Part shown: positions 34,560 through 42,970 of the stretch, piece after piece
Layout of the letters: the number at the start of each line of letters is the position of its first letter
Position numbering within the stretch: position 1 is the first letter of the stretch
Source of the DNA: a virus
Taxonomy: Duplodnaviria > Caudoviricetes
Virus record (IMG/VR): IMGVR_UViG_3300044849_000010
Coordinates: 1 to 45,547 of that record
Length of the DNA: 45,547 bases
Reading direction: 5' to 3' (one strand)
Notes under the pieces: generated by a model
The model's input: only the letters and a program-made list of their open reading frames with translations
Databases searched by the model: none
Told to the model about the DNA's origin: nothing
Translations under genes and position numbers: made by a program

Positions 34560-36116
34560 TTAGATGCGATCGTATTCGACGCCTACCACATTGTCATCTC
34601 GTTCGCCAGCCATCTCGCGACGCGTATCCTCAACCGTCCGCATGGCGACAGGAACGGCGAACGTGAGGGCGAAGGCGTCGGCCCGGTCTGGCGATCCGTC
34701 GCCGCCGTCCGCGCCGGCCGACTTGATCGCCCGCTTCTTCAATTCTTCCTTGCTCTCGATTTTGACGGCCGTACCCTTCTTGCCCTGGACCATCCAGTAT
34801 TGTCGCGCCGTGAGCTGGCGCTTCAAGATCGGATCTTTCGTCGGTAGGCAGACGCCGACTTGCTTGAGCCAGGACCGCGCCTCGCCGAGCATATAGGTCG
34901 CCATGTCCGCATATTCCGGCTCCGGAGACGTGCCGCCAAAGTTGATCTCGTTGACGTTCGGCACGCCCCACCCGTTGAGCGCGTCGATGACGCCGACGCC
35001 GATGCCGCCAGCGTCGACGTTGATCGCGTCCGGCAGGTATTCCATGGCGAGCTTGCGAACCTCCATGGCGAGTTGATTGGTGTCCAGGCCACGGAAATGG
35101 AACGGCCCGACCGATCGAGCATCACGGCCGCGCCGGACGTGGATCACGCTTTCATCGTCACCATACCGAGCGACGTCGACGCCGAAGATAACAGGATCAT
35201 GGATCGTAGGAGCCGGCTGGCGCTCCTCGCTCATTGCCATTGTCACGACATTCGTCGGAACAAACTGCCGATCGCCGGTAACTGGAAATTCGCCCAAGAC
35301 ACGCACCTTCACGTAATCGCTGTCTATTCCATAGTCCTCGACCCATTGCTTGAGCAAGGCCTTGTTCGTCATCTTCGCTTCACGGCTGTCGACGCGGAAC
35401 GTCTTGAAGCGGTGGCGCATGTCGTGATGGCTGTCGAAGAAATAGCCTTGCGGCCGCGTCGGGTTGCCGAACAGGAACATCATCGGCTCGCCATCCGTGA
35501 GGCCGCCTTGCGCCGTCTCCAGGATGATGCGCGCCACTTCGGACGCCTCGTCAAAGACGTAGAAAGGCGTCGAGGTTGCAGCGTGGACACCAGCGAACGC
35601 GGCCGGCCGATGCTCGTCCCACGCAATGCCGTTGACGCGCCATGTCTCAGGATGGAGCCGATGGGCGATCTTCATTGCGCCACGGCCGGACGTGATCCGG
35701 AACCAGCGGCGGGTAATCATCAGGTTCGCCCACTTGACGATCTCGGGCCATGTCGTGGTCTCAAGCTGCGGGATGCTGTTCGCCGTCACGCGGCCGCGAC
35801 AGTGAGGACGCGTCGACATGATGAAGCCGACGATCCAGGCGACGAGGCCGGACTTGCCGACACCATGGCCGGACGTGGTCGAGGACATGAACGGCATGAC
35901 AGGCGTGCGTCCGTCAAAGTCCTTTATCCGGATCTCCTCGCCCCACTCGCGAAGGAAACCCTCTTGCCATTTGTCTGGACCGTCGAAGCCATCAAGCTCG
36001 CCCTCGCCCCACGAGTAGGAGAAGCGCACCCACTCAAGCGGATCTTGCGAAAGGTCCGCCATCTCGATTGCAAGATGCTCGTCAGCTTCGGCGAGGGAGT
36101 TGTATTCGACCTGCAT
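34560..36116 (-). CDS. terL: Terminase large subunit
   Basis: SGHGVGKS Walker A, VFDEAS Walker B, GNPT, GVDVARYGDD and SPDRADA nuclease motifs. Confidence 0.93.
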   Translation of the reverse strand: MQVEYNSLAEADEHLAIEMADLSQDPLEWVRFSYSWGEGELDGFDGPDKWQEGFLREWGEEIRIKDFDGRTPVMPFMSSTTSGHGVGKSGLVAWIVGFIMSTRPHCRGRVTANSIPQLETTTWPEIVKWANLMITRRWFRITSGRGAMKIAHRLHPETWRVNGIAWDEHRPAAFAGVHAATSTPFYVFDEASEVARIILETAQGGLTDGEPMMFLFGNPTRPQGYFFDSHHDMRHRFKTFRVDSREAKMTNKALLKQWVEDYGIDSDYVKVRVLGEFPVTGDRQFVPTNVVTMAMSEERQPAPTIHDPVIFGVDVARYGDDESVIHVRRGRDARSVGPFHFRGLDTNQLAMEVRKLAMEYLPDAINVDAGGIGVGVIDALNGWGVPNVNEINFGGTSPEPEYADMATYMLGEARSWLKQVGVCLPTKDPILKRQLTARQYWMVQGKKGTAVKIESKEELKKRAIKSAGADGGDGSPDRADAFALTFAVPVAMRTVEDTRREMAGERDDNVVGVEYDRI

Positions 36117-36119
36117 GAT

Positions 36120-36212
36120 CTACCAGCGCGGCAAGCTGTCCTGGTACAGCATGAACAGGATGAACCCCGCGATATACGCGAGGCCCAAGAGTGTGGAGAT
36201 CAAGCCGGTCAT
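36120..36212 (-). CDS. 30-aa single-TM peptide (below ORF-track cutoff)
   Basis: MTGLISTLLGLAYIAGFILFMLYQDSLPRW*; TGATG coupling to the upstream gene; fills the gap to terL. Confidence 0.65.
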   Translation of the reverse strand: MTGLISTLLGLAYIAGFILFMLYQDSLPRW

Positions 36213-36661
36213 CAATGCACCGTAGGCGCGGCAGGCGGATGGCCCCACGACGCGCACAGCGCCGCGTAGCTCACCTCGCCACGTCCGGTCTGGAGCTGCA
36301 TGCCGAGGTATGTCACGCCGGCATCGTTCAACGCCTTAGCTCGATCGGCCAGCAAGAGGTTGTCGACCATGTTGCGCACGGCCGCCTCGATCTGCACCGA
36401 CGCCATGCGGTGGAGCAGCTCTTGCGTCTTGTCGATCGGCTGGACGCCGGCAGCGCGCTCAACATCAGGATCGAGGTGGAGCATGCCGGTCTCGATCGCG
36501 TCGTTAAGCTCGTGGTCGTTCATGCGGTTGATGTTCTTCACGGAATGGCTCCTGCCGACGTCGACGCCGATGATATTCGGAGGCTCTTGCATATACAGCT
36601 TCCTGAGATCGCCGCCGCAATCCTTGGCAAGCTCTTCGTAATACTCTTTGGGATAGTCCAT
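36212..36661 (-). CDS. Hypothetical protein
   Basis: Strong RBS AAGGAGG; operon packing. Confidence 0.75.
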   Translation of the reverse strand: MDYPKEYYEELAKDCGGDLRKLYMQEPPNIIGVDVGRSHSVKNINRMNDHELNDAIETGMLHLDPDVERAAGVQPIDKTQELLHRMASVQIEAAVRNMVDNLLLADRAKALNDAGVTYLGMQLQTGRGEVSYAALCASWGHPPAAPTVH

Positions 36662-36678
36662 AGTTAACCCTCCTTTGG

Positions 36679-37449
36679 TTAATCTTCCGTTGGGTAGTCG
36701 CCGAGGTGGTCAGTCTCCTCCTCGATCCTGGCGCGCTCTTCGCGCTCCTCCAGCTCGTCGGCAGTCAGCGTCTCGCCGGCCGCCTCGCGCTCCGCCAGTC
36801 GGCGCTTGCGCTGTTCTTCCTTGCGGCGACGCATGACGTCCGCCGCGTCCGTGATATCCTGCACCTCGACGACGTCGGTGAACAGCTTGAAGTGTTTCCC
36901 GAGGGCTTCCAGCGCGCCGAGCTTCGGAGCCAGCTTGAGCTTGACGCTCTTGACCTTCTCAGCGTTCTCGCCGCGTCCTTCGGTGTATGTGTCGATCGTC
37001 ATCTCCTGGATCGCCGCGTATTGCTCGCGCGACAGGCCGGAGAGATCGTAGCCGGCCGGATTGCCGTCCTCACCGATGACGAGGAAGTCCACCATGTTCG
37101 ACATGGCGAGCTTGTTCAGTTCCTCAAGGACCGCATCCTTGGTCAGCGAGAGCCTAGCCTTTATCTCCTCGCGCATGTGCTTGACGTAGTCGCGGATGGC
37201 CGGCTGCATCAGGAGCTTGTTTCCCTCCAGGCGAGCGCGGGCGAGATTGACGCGGCTATCAAAGAACCCGTCCGCGTCCTCGCCCTTGGCTGGCCGATAT
37301 GCCTCGACCCATGCGCGAGAGACGTCGCCCGTCCGGAGATAGGCTTGCACGAACACGGCTTCCTGTACCGTCCAGTCGTGCCGTTGCCACGCCGGGGTTG
37401 CGTCCTCGACGTGGTCAAACTCTTCAATGGGCTTGTCTGTCTTGCTCAT
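36679..37449 (-). CDS. terS: Terminase small subunit
   Basis: FVQAYL HTH-like start; VLEELNKLAMSN..KLKLAPKLGALEALGKHFKLFTD. Confidence 0.88.
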   Translation of the reverse strand: MSKTDKPIEEFDHVEDATPAWQRHDWTVQEAVFVQAYLRTGDVSRAWVEAYRPAKGEDADGFFDSRVNLARARLEGNKLLMQPAIRDYVKHMREEIKARLSLTKDAVLEELNKLAMSNMVDFLVIGEDGNPAGYDLSGLSREQYAAIQEMTIDTYTEGRGENAEKVKSVKLKLAPKLGALEALGKHFKLFTDVVEVQDITDAADVMRRRKEEQRKRRLAEREAAGETLTADELEEREERARIEEETDHLGDYPTED

Positions 37450-37461
37450 GCCGCTAAATGC

Positions 37462-37791
37462 CTACGCTTGCCCCTGCCCGTCAAGGTCGCGCTTGACAAA
37501 GATCCGGATGGATGGAGCCGTCCCTTCCGTGAGTAGCTCGAATTGCTCCTGCCGATACGGCATGAGATCCACGCCCTCCGCCACGCGATAGCGGACAGCC
37601 TCGCCGTGCGCCGGCATGTCATCAAGTCCTTGCTCGCGCGAGATCATGCCGGCAGCTACCAGCTCATCAAGCGCCACCTGGATCTCAGGCGACGGGACAT
37701 ACTCCTGCATGTGATAGGTGACGACAGCGCCGAAGCCGAACACGGAACCGAGAACGCAGCGAGCCTCTTTGGATAGGTTTGCCATTGTCAT
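37462..37791 (-). CDS. Hypothetical protein
   Basis: ATG 37791 coupled (TGATG) to the upstream gene; ALDELVAAGMI resembles a winged-helix segment. Confidence 0.65.
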   Translation of the reverse strand: MTMANLSKEARCVLGSVFGFGAVVTYHMQEYVPSPEIQVALDELVAAGMISREQGLDDMPAHGEAVRYRVAEGVDLMPYRQEQFELLTEGTAPSIRIFVKRDLDGQGQA

Positions 37792-38093
37792 CACCAAACG
37801 TAGACGGCACGGAGCAACGCGACCAGGACGAGGATCACGACGACAGCGTAGCAGGCGACAGCCGCGCCGAAGATGAGGCCTTGAGCAGCCGGCCGGCCAT
37901 GGCCGTGTTCCATCTCCGCTTGCACGAGCGCGACTTGCGCCACGTATGCGCCGAAGGTGGCGAGGAGGACGCACTTGATCGAGATCCAGTCGCCCTGGAC
38001 ATAGGCGAAGCCCATGAGCGCGACGAGGCCGAGGGAGGCGAAGGTGATAGCGGCCGAGATCATCGGCGCGAGGATTGATGGGCGATCGTACAT
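37791..38093 (-). CDS. Three-TM membrane protein (100 aa)
   Basis: ATG 38093 with GGAG; three hydrophobic segments. Confidence 0.7.
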   Translation of the reverse strand: MYDRPSILAPMISAAITFASLGLVALMGFAYVQGDWISIKCVLLATFGAYVAQVALVQAEMEHGHGRPAAQGLIFGAAVACYAVVVILVLVALLRAVYVW

Positions 38094-38329
38094 GGAGCAG
38101 CTCCGGGGTTTGAGTGTGGTAGATTTTCGCCCGGCCCTTGCCGCTCGCCTACGGAAGTCAGCGATCAACGGGGAGGCCGGGCGATCATTCATGGCAGTGA
38201 TGGCCGCCACGTTCGGCGACAGCGGTTAACGACGCCGCTGCCCCAAGGCGGACAGTTATCGCACCAAGGACGGCGCGGCGCAAGAGATGCCTACATAGTG
38301 GGAGGCGAGGTGAGGCAAGAGGCTAGCCG

Positions 38330-38585
38330 CTATTCCTTATTGCGAATGCGTCGCAAGTGCATGTTGCGTTTTTTGCAGCTATGTAAGGATCGGACTATAA
38401 TATATATCAATCTACCTATCTCTTTATTAAAGTCCGATTTTCTCCTAGGTTTCAAAAAAGCAACATGGGAAAACCCGTTTACCAAAAATCAATGACTTAG
38501 GTCGATCTACCGATAACTAGACAACGTTAAGCGTTGTATATATAAAGCTACCTATTGCAGCACATCATCAAGGAGACGTTTAGCA
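38330..38585. promoter_or_regulatory. AT-rich divergent control region with IHF-consensus site
   Basis: Sharp AT enrichment; AATCAATGACTTA 38487-38499 fits WATCAAN4TTR; inverted repeats ATCGGACT/AGTCCGAT and ACAACG/CGTTGT. Confidence 0.6.
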
Positions 38586-38912
38586 ATGGCTAAGACAATG
38601 ATCGACCTACCAGACGACTTCAAAAACGAATTGATCCGCAACGCCTCGCGCGGCGGCGGCACAATCAAACAGCAGATCCTCATAGCCTTGTGCGAGAAAT
38701 GGTCATGGCCGGAAAGCCGAATGCCGATCGACGGCCGATACAAGCTCCTCGACCCGGAGACCATCCCGCCCGTCCGCTTCAATGGCAAGGAACCGCGCGG
38801 CAAGCTGCCCCTTGATAGTGAAGGCCTGCCATCCTTCGACGAGGCATTCGATCGAGCCGAGGAAGCCGCACGCCTCCAGGCTGGAGCAGTAGGAGGCAAG
38901 GATGAGTTCTGA
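38586..38912 (+). CDS. Ribbon-helix-helix-like DNA-binding protein
   Basis: MAKTMIDLPDDFKNELIRNASRGGGTIKQQILIAL strand-helix-helix pattern; AAGGAG upstream. Confidence 0.6.
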   Translation: MAKTMIDLPDDFKNELIRNASRGGGTIKQQILIALCEKWSWPESRMPIDGRYKLLDPETIPPVRFNGKEPRGKLPLDSEGLPSFDEAFDRAEEAARLQAGAVGGKDEF

Positions 38913-39132
38913 AAAATTCAAGAACGTCTCGCCGATCGCCTTCCCTGCTATGACCGCCGAGCTGGAGGATATCGTGCAAGGCTTCAAGGCCAGGAACCGG
39001 CCGGCTGGCATCGCCATGGCGAAGCTAATCCTCCGCGAGGCCAGAAACGAAGGCCAGATATCCGTTGATGATTGGGCCAGGATCTTCCGCGATAACTTCG
39101 GCTTTCGCGATGAACTGTGGAGCGCTCCCTAA
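38902..39132 (+). CDS. Hypothetical protein (76 aa)
   Basis: RBS AGGAGG; overlaps the upstream gene. Confidence 0.7.
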   Translation: MSSEKFKNVSPIAFPAMTAELEDIVQGFKARNRPAGIAMAKLILREARNEGQISVDDWARIFRDNFGFRDELWSAP

Positions 39133-39175
39133 CCATCGTCGGCCGCTCCAGCCCCACGCCGGAGCGGCCGATCTC

Positions 39176-39345
39176 TTGCACACAATCCATTACCGCAAAA
39201 TCAAATTAACCATTTTCCAGTTAACTTTTTACCGCACAATTATTTATCGCGACAAGCATATAGCTAAGTCATTGCGCTGCTTGAGGCTTGCGCTGCTACT
39301 GTGCAAGACGTCCCAAAAAAAATCATACAGCTTCGCGCGGAATAA
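39176..39345. repeat. Second AT-rich region with short direct repeats
   Basis: TTACCGCA(A/C)AAT at 39190 and 39229; TTGCGCTGCT at 39272 and 39288. Confidence 0.5.
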
Positions 39346-39373
39346 TTGACATCATGTCAAATGCGCGTAAGGT
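39346..39373 (+). promoter_or_regulatory. Early sigma70-like promoter overlapped by a palindromic operator
   Basis: TTGACATCATGTCAA palindrome 39346-39360; TTGACA-N16-TAAGGT. Confidence 0.6.
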
Positions 39374-39408
39374 GCGGGCTCTACCACATCAAACCCGGAG
39401 AAACGGAC

Positions 39409-39930
39409 ATGGCTAAGGCAATCTTCACAGCGATCGACCCAAACGGCGTGACGCACAAGCGCACGAGCGACAGACGCATCTATTCGCACACCGTCGTTTT
39501 CCAGGAGAGCAAGGCCGCCCACATGGCTACCGCGACATCTGCCGAATGGGCGAAGCAGGACGGCAAAAACTACGATTATGATGTTGAATGCGCAGCCGGC
39601 ACTCACCCCCACGTTACGCACGTTTCTCCGGCTTCCGGATATCACTCCAGCTACACCCCGGAGAGGATTGCCGAGATGCAGCAGGCGCAGCGCGACAGCA
39701 ACGTAAAGCGGATCGCCAGCGCCAAGGCAACCATCGAAGGCCTGACGCGCGCCGAGTACATCGCCAAGAAGCAGGCGGAGCGCGTCGCTCGCGTCGAGGC
39801 CGCTGATTACACGGTCTGGCATAACGCCGGATGGTGCGGCCGCCTGGATCTCGCCCACAAGCTGGAAGCGCAGATGCGCGGCTTGCGCCATACCTCGACC
39901 GTCATGATCCTGGAGGCTGTCAAAGCCTGA
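39409..39930 (+). CDS. First early gene, hypothetical
   Basis: ATG 39409 after GGAG; GC-rich third codon positions. Confidence 0.75.
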   Translation: MAKAIFTAIDPNGVTHKRTSDRRIYSHTVVFQESKAAHMATATSAEWAKQDGKNYDYDVECAAGTHPHVTHVSPASGYHSSYTPERIAEMQQAQRDSNVKRIASAKATIEGLTRAEYIAKKQAERVARVEAADYTVWHNAGWCGRLDLAHKLEAQMRGLRHTSTVMILEAVKA

Positions 39931-39985
39931 TCCGCTTAGGCGTCCGCCCTCGTCGGCGGACATCCAAACGGACCAAGGAGCTACC

Positions 39986-40345
39986 ATGTCCTTCATAGCC
40001 GAGCTTAAGAACATCGCCGACCGTATCCACCAGATCGCGGCGCATGGCGGCGACACTGTCGAGAGCAAGCGCAGGGAGATAGTTCGCCGTGCGAATGCGA
40101 TCGAGATCAGCCACTACAGCGGCATGAAGGAAGATCAGGAAGCCGCGCGAGAGTTGAAAAAAATGTTCGTCGAGCAAGAGAAGGCCCGAGCTGACGAAGT
40201 CGCCAGAACGTTGGAATTGGATATGGCGCGTGAGCTGGAGACGTTGCGCGCCTATCTGCCCCAGGTCGCGGCCAAGGCGGCAATCGAAGCCGGAGAGCAT
40301 GCGCGGGCCATATCCAAGCGCGCAACCAAGGAGCTACCACAATGA
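39986..40345 (+). CDS. Hypothetical helical protein
   Basis: RBS AAGGAG; ATGA overlap with the next gene. Confidence 0.75.
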   Translation: MSFIAELKNIADRIHQIAAHGGDTVESKRREIVRRANAIEISHYSGMKEDQEAARELKKMFVEQEKARADEVARTLELDMARELETLRAYLPQVAAKAAIEAGEHARAISKRATKELPQ

Positions 40346-40887
40346 CCAAGACGATCGACCAGCTTGAGGACGAGGCGCAGCGCAACGAGAGCCGACAGGC
40401 CAGCGATGGCCGCGTGTGCGTCTTTCATGACGGCTTCCAGTTCGACTACTACGACACCAAGCCCTTTGCGAAGCCGCAGATCGACCGCGAAGAGGCAATC
40501 GCCCTCCTCGCCGCCGAAGCCTACGATCGCCAAGGCATGCCGGCCGCGACGCCTCGCGTCCCAAGCAGCGTAATCGTCGGCTGGAGCAAGAGAGCTTTGA
40601 TAAAAGAATATTGCCTGCCGACGCACATGCTGGCGCGCGAGAAAAACGTTAGCGCTACGGAGGTATCCGAGAAGTCGAAAGAGTGGCGGAGCCGGTGGGA
40701 CAAGTCCCTGACGATGGCGGTCACTCAACTTGTGACCGAACGCGGCATGCGCCAGTTCCACGCCCGCTACCTGATCCAGCCGTCCTGGATGGCCGCCAAG
40801 ATCGCCGTCCAGTGGTGGCACGACGAGGACGGCGATGAGACCGGGCGAGGCTGGCAGGGCGACTTTATCGACACGATTGGAATGTGA
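40342..40887 (+). CDS. Hypothetical protein
   Basis: RBS AAGGAG; operon packing. Confidence 0.75.
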   Translation: MTKTIDQLEDEAQRNESRQASDGRVCVFHDGFQFDYYDTKPFAKPQIDREEAIALLAAEAYDRQGMPAATPRVPSSVIVGWSKRALIKEYCLPTHMLAREKNVSATEVSEKSKEWRSRWDKSLTMAVTQLVTERGMRQFHARYLIQPSWMAAKIAVQWWHDEDGDETGRGWQGDFIDTIGM

Positions 40888-40888
40888 G

Positions 40889-41197
40889 ATGACCACCAAG
40901 CAAGACGTCATCCGCCTGAACCGCGCTCACCCTGACTGGACGGCCCGCGAGATCGCCGATGAGCTTGGCTGTAACCCCGGCTACGTCCGCGCCACGGCCA
41001 AGCGCTGCATGCTTGAGCTGGCGCGCGGCGACGTGGCCTATCGGCGAGCGGTCAAGCGCCTGGAGGAAGCGGCGGCCGTCATGCTTGCCAAATACATCGG
41101 CCTCGTCAATTCACGCGAGGCTGGATTTTGGAACCCCGAGGAAGAGGGCTCAGTGATAGAGCTGAAAGAGGCCCTCAAGATGGAGAAGGCACAATGA
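40889..41197 (+). CDS. HTH domain protein
   Basis: HPDWTAREIADELGCNPGYVRAT. Confidence 0.7.
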   Translation: MTTKQDVIRLNRAHPDWTAREIADELGCNPGYVRATAKRCMLELARGDVAYRRAVKRLEEAAAVMLAKYIGLVNSREAGFWNPEEEGSVIELKEALKMEKAQ

Positions 41198-41718
41198 CCA
41201 AACGAGGACGCAACTGGATGGCCGCCATGGCCCTATCGCTCCTGTTTTGGGCGATCATCATTTCAGCCGTGTCGAGCATTGCCTTCGGTGCGGAGATCAG
41301 GCCGGTAGGCCATTCGATTTTCTGCATCCGCTGGCCGGAAGAGTGCACCAAGGCGGAGGAGGCCAAGACCGATCGCCTCGACGTTCTGGCATCTGTCAAC
41401 GCCAGCATCAACCGCAAGCCATACCGACAGGACCGCATCAAGAGACGCTCCGCCGAGGTTTGGGGCATGGGGCAGGATTGCGAGGAGTACGCCATCCAGA
41501 AGCGCCGCGCCTTGATCGCTAAGGGTATACCGGCCGGAGCCCTCAAGATCGCTGTCGGCACGGCCGGCAGGGAGCGTCACGCCGTGTTGATCGCCGAGAC
41601 CACGGCCGGCCGGCTTGTCCTGGACAACATGACAGCGGAGATCCTGCCGTTGAGCAAGAGCGCATTCAAGGTCGACGCAATGGCTACCGCCAACCCGGCC
41701 GTATGGAGGAAGATGTGA
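41194..41718 (+). CDS. Secreted transglutaminase-like cysteine peptidase (BTLCP, family C93)
   Basis: Signal peptide; FCIRWPEEC; VNASIN; DCEEYAIQKRRAL, HAVL, LVLDN (Cys-His-Asp triad). Confidence 0.85.
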   Translation: MTKRGRNWMAAMALSLLFWAIIISAVSSIAFGAEIRPVGHSIFCIRWPEECTKAEEAKTDRLDVLASVNASINRKPYRQDRIKRRSAEVWGMGQDCEEYAIQKRRALIAKGIPAGALKIAVGTAGRERHAVLIAETTAGRLVLDNMTAEILPLSKSAFKVDAMATANPAVWRKM

Positions 41719-42308
41719 TGACCAAGCAACCGACAGAGAACCCCGCTCCCGTTCCACATGTGCGCGGTTTAGTACCGCTATCCGATGTCGTAGATTTCGT
41801 CGCGAATTGGTGGGCTACCGAAGACGGGCACATCGCCATGTCTCCGCCCGCAGCAGCCCAGTACATCGAGAAGCACTTCGCAACCGACGCTCAATGCCGT
41901 CACTGTAACGGAAAAGGTTATCAGGCGGGAGACCCGGAAGGAGCGCCGATAGAGGACTGCGACCACTGCGGCGGTAGTGGAGAAAGCACTAAGACAGGCG
42001 AAATGAAGTTATTCGGCCATTGGTCGAAGCACAGGCTTGCGGACGGCATATTCCTGCCGTTGGTTTGCTACGTGCCGACAGGGCCAGATTATACGACTGT
42101 GCCATTGTACGCACCGGCTGACATGGGTCCAGGCATCGACGCCATCCGTGGTTTCCTGCGCCGCCCTCGCCCTGATGGCATCCTGCCCCCATCGCCCGAA
42201 CCGAGGGAGGGCGGCCCGGTCGATCTATCCGCCGACGATATGGAGACCTTGCGGCAAGAGAAAATTAACGAGCGCCGGATTAACATCCGCAACGGATACG
42301 GAGATTGA
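41718..42308 (+). CDS. Hypothetical protein with DnaJ-type Zn finger
   Basis: CRHCNGKG...CDHCGGSG; TGATG coupling. Confidence 0.7.
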   Translation: MTKQPTENPAPVPHVRGLVPLSDVVDFVANWWATEDGHIAMSPPAAAQYIEKHFATDAQCRHCNGKGYQAGDPEGAPIEDCDHCGGSGESTKTGEMKLFGHWSKHRLADGIFLPLVCYVPTGPDYTTVPLYAPADMGPGIDAIRGFLRRPRPDGILPPSPEPREGGPVDLSADDMETLRQEKINERRINIRNGYGD

Positions 42309-42309
42309 C

Positions 42310-42564
42310 ATGAGCAAGAGAACCAGGGCGCTCCAGATCGAGGCTAAACGATCGGGCGGCTACATCAGCATCGGAGACCGGCATATTGTGGTCGGCAACC
42401 ACTTCGTATCTACGAGGCCGCGCATTGAGAGCGCCAGCTTGTCGAACCGCGTCAACTCTCCGTTTGGCTATAGCTACACCACGAAGGCCATGCGACGAGA
42501 TGCTATGAGCGCGTCTCGAAATTGGCGCGAGGCTTGCGCCTTGTCCCGTCCTCGCCTGCCGTGA
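42310..42564 (+). CDS. Basic hypothetical protein (84 aa)
   Basis: ATG 42310 after GGAG. Confidence 0.55.
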   Translation: MSKRTRALQIEAKRSGGYISIGDRHIVVGNHFVSTRPRIESASLSNRVNSPFGYSYTTKAMRRDAMSASRNWREACALSRPRLP

Positions 42565-42605
42565 TATCAACATCAACCCGCCTACCACATCGAAAGGGAA
42601 CACGG

Positions 42606-42809
42606 ATGGAATGCCACACTTTCACAACGCTGAAACCGCACACCGATCGCGCCGCATGCAAGCACGTCGACTTGAGAGGCGTCCGCTTCCAGGTCCACAA
42701 GAGCGGCAAGGTCTACTATTGGCAGACGTCGGCCGAAGGCTACCGCGAGATCGCGTTCCTGTCGCCGCTGTCGGCCGAGGTGCGCAAGGCGTCGGGATGG
42801 TTCAAATGA
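42606..42809 (+). CDS. Hypothetical protein (67 aa)
   Basis: ATG 42606 after AAGGGA; ATGA overlap with the next gene. Confidence 0.65.
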   Translation: MECHTFTTLKPHTDRAACKHVDLRGVRFQVHKSGKVYYWQTSAEGYREIAFLSPLSAEVRKASGWFK

Positions 42810-42970
42810 AGGATCTCGGCACATTCACCAAGGCCAGGACCGCACCACCGGCCGGTGCATTCACCAACGCTATCGTCATCGGCCTCCTCCTCGTCGGGAT
42901 CTGCTGCACCTATGCGGCCGTCAGGATCAACGAGGAGAGCAAGGCTCAAACCCAAGGAGAAAGAGTATGA
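42806..42970 (+). CDS. Single-TM small protein (54 aa)
   Basis: AIVIGLLLVGICCTYAAV; ATGA overlaps at both ends. Confidence 0.65.
   Translation: MKDLGTFTKARTAPPAGAFTNAIVIGLLLVGICCTYAAVRINEESKAQTQGERV

Noticed and set aside
38298-38495. ORFs across the AT-rich islands (38298..38495, 39065..39349)
   Set aside because: Atypical composition, weak starts and overlap with regulatory-looking motifs; more likely non-coding.
39205-39225. CtrA box (TTAA-N7-TTAA)
   Set aside because: The two TTAAC half-sites are spaced by 11 nt, not 7.
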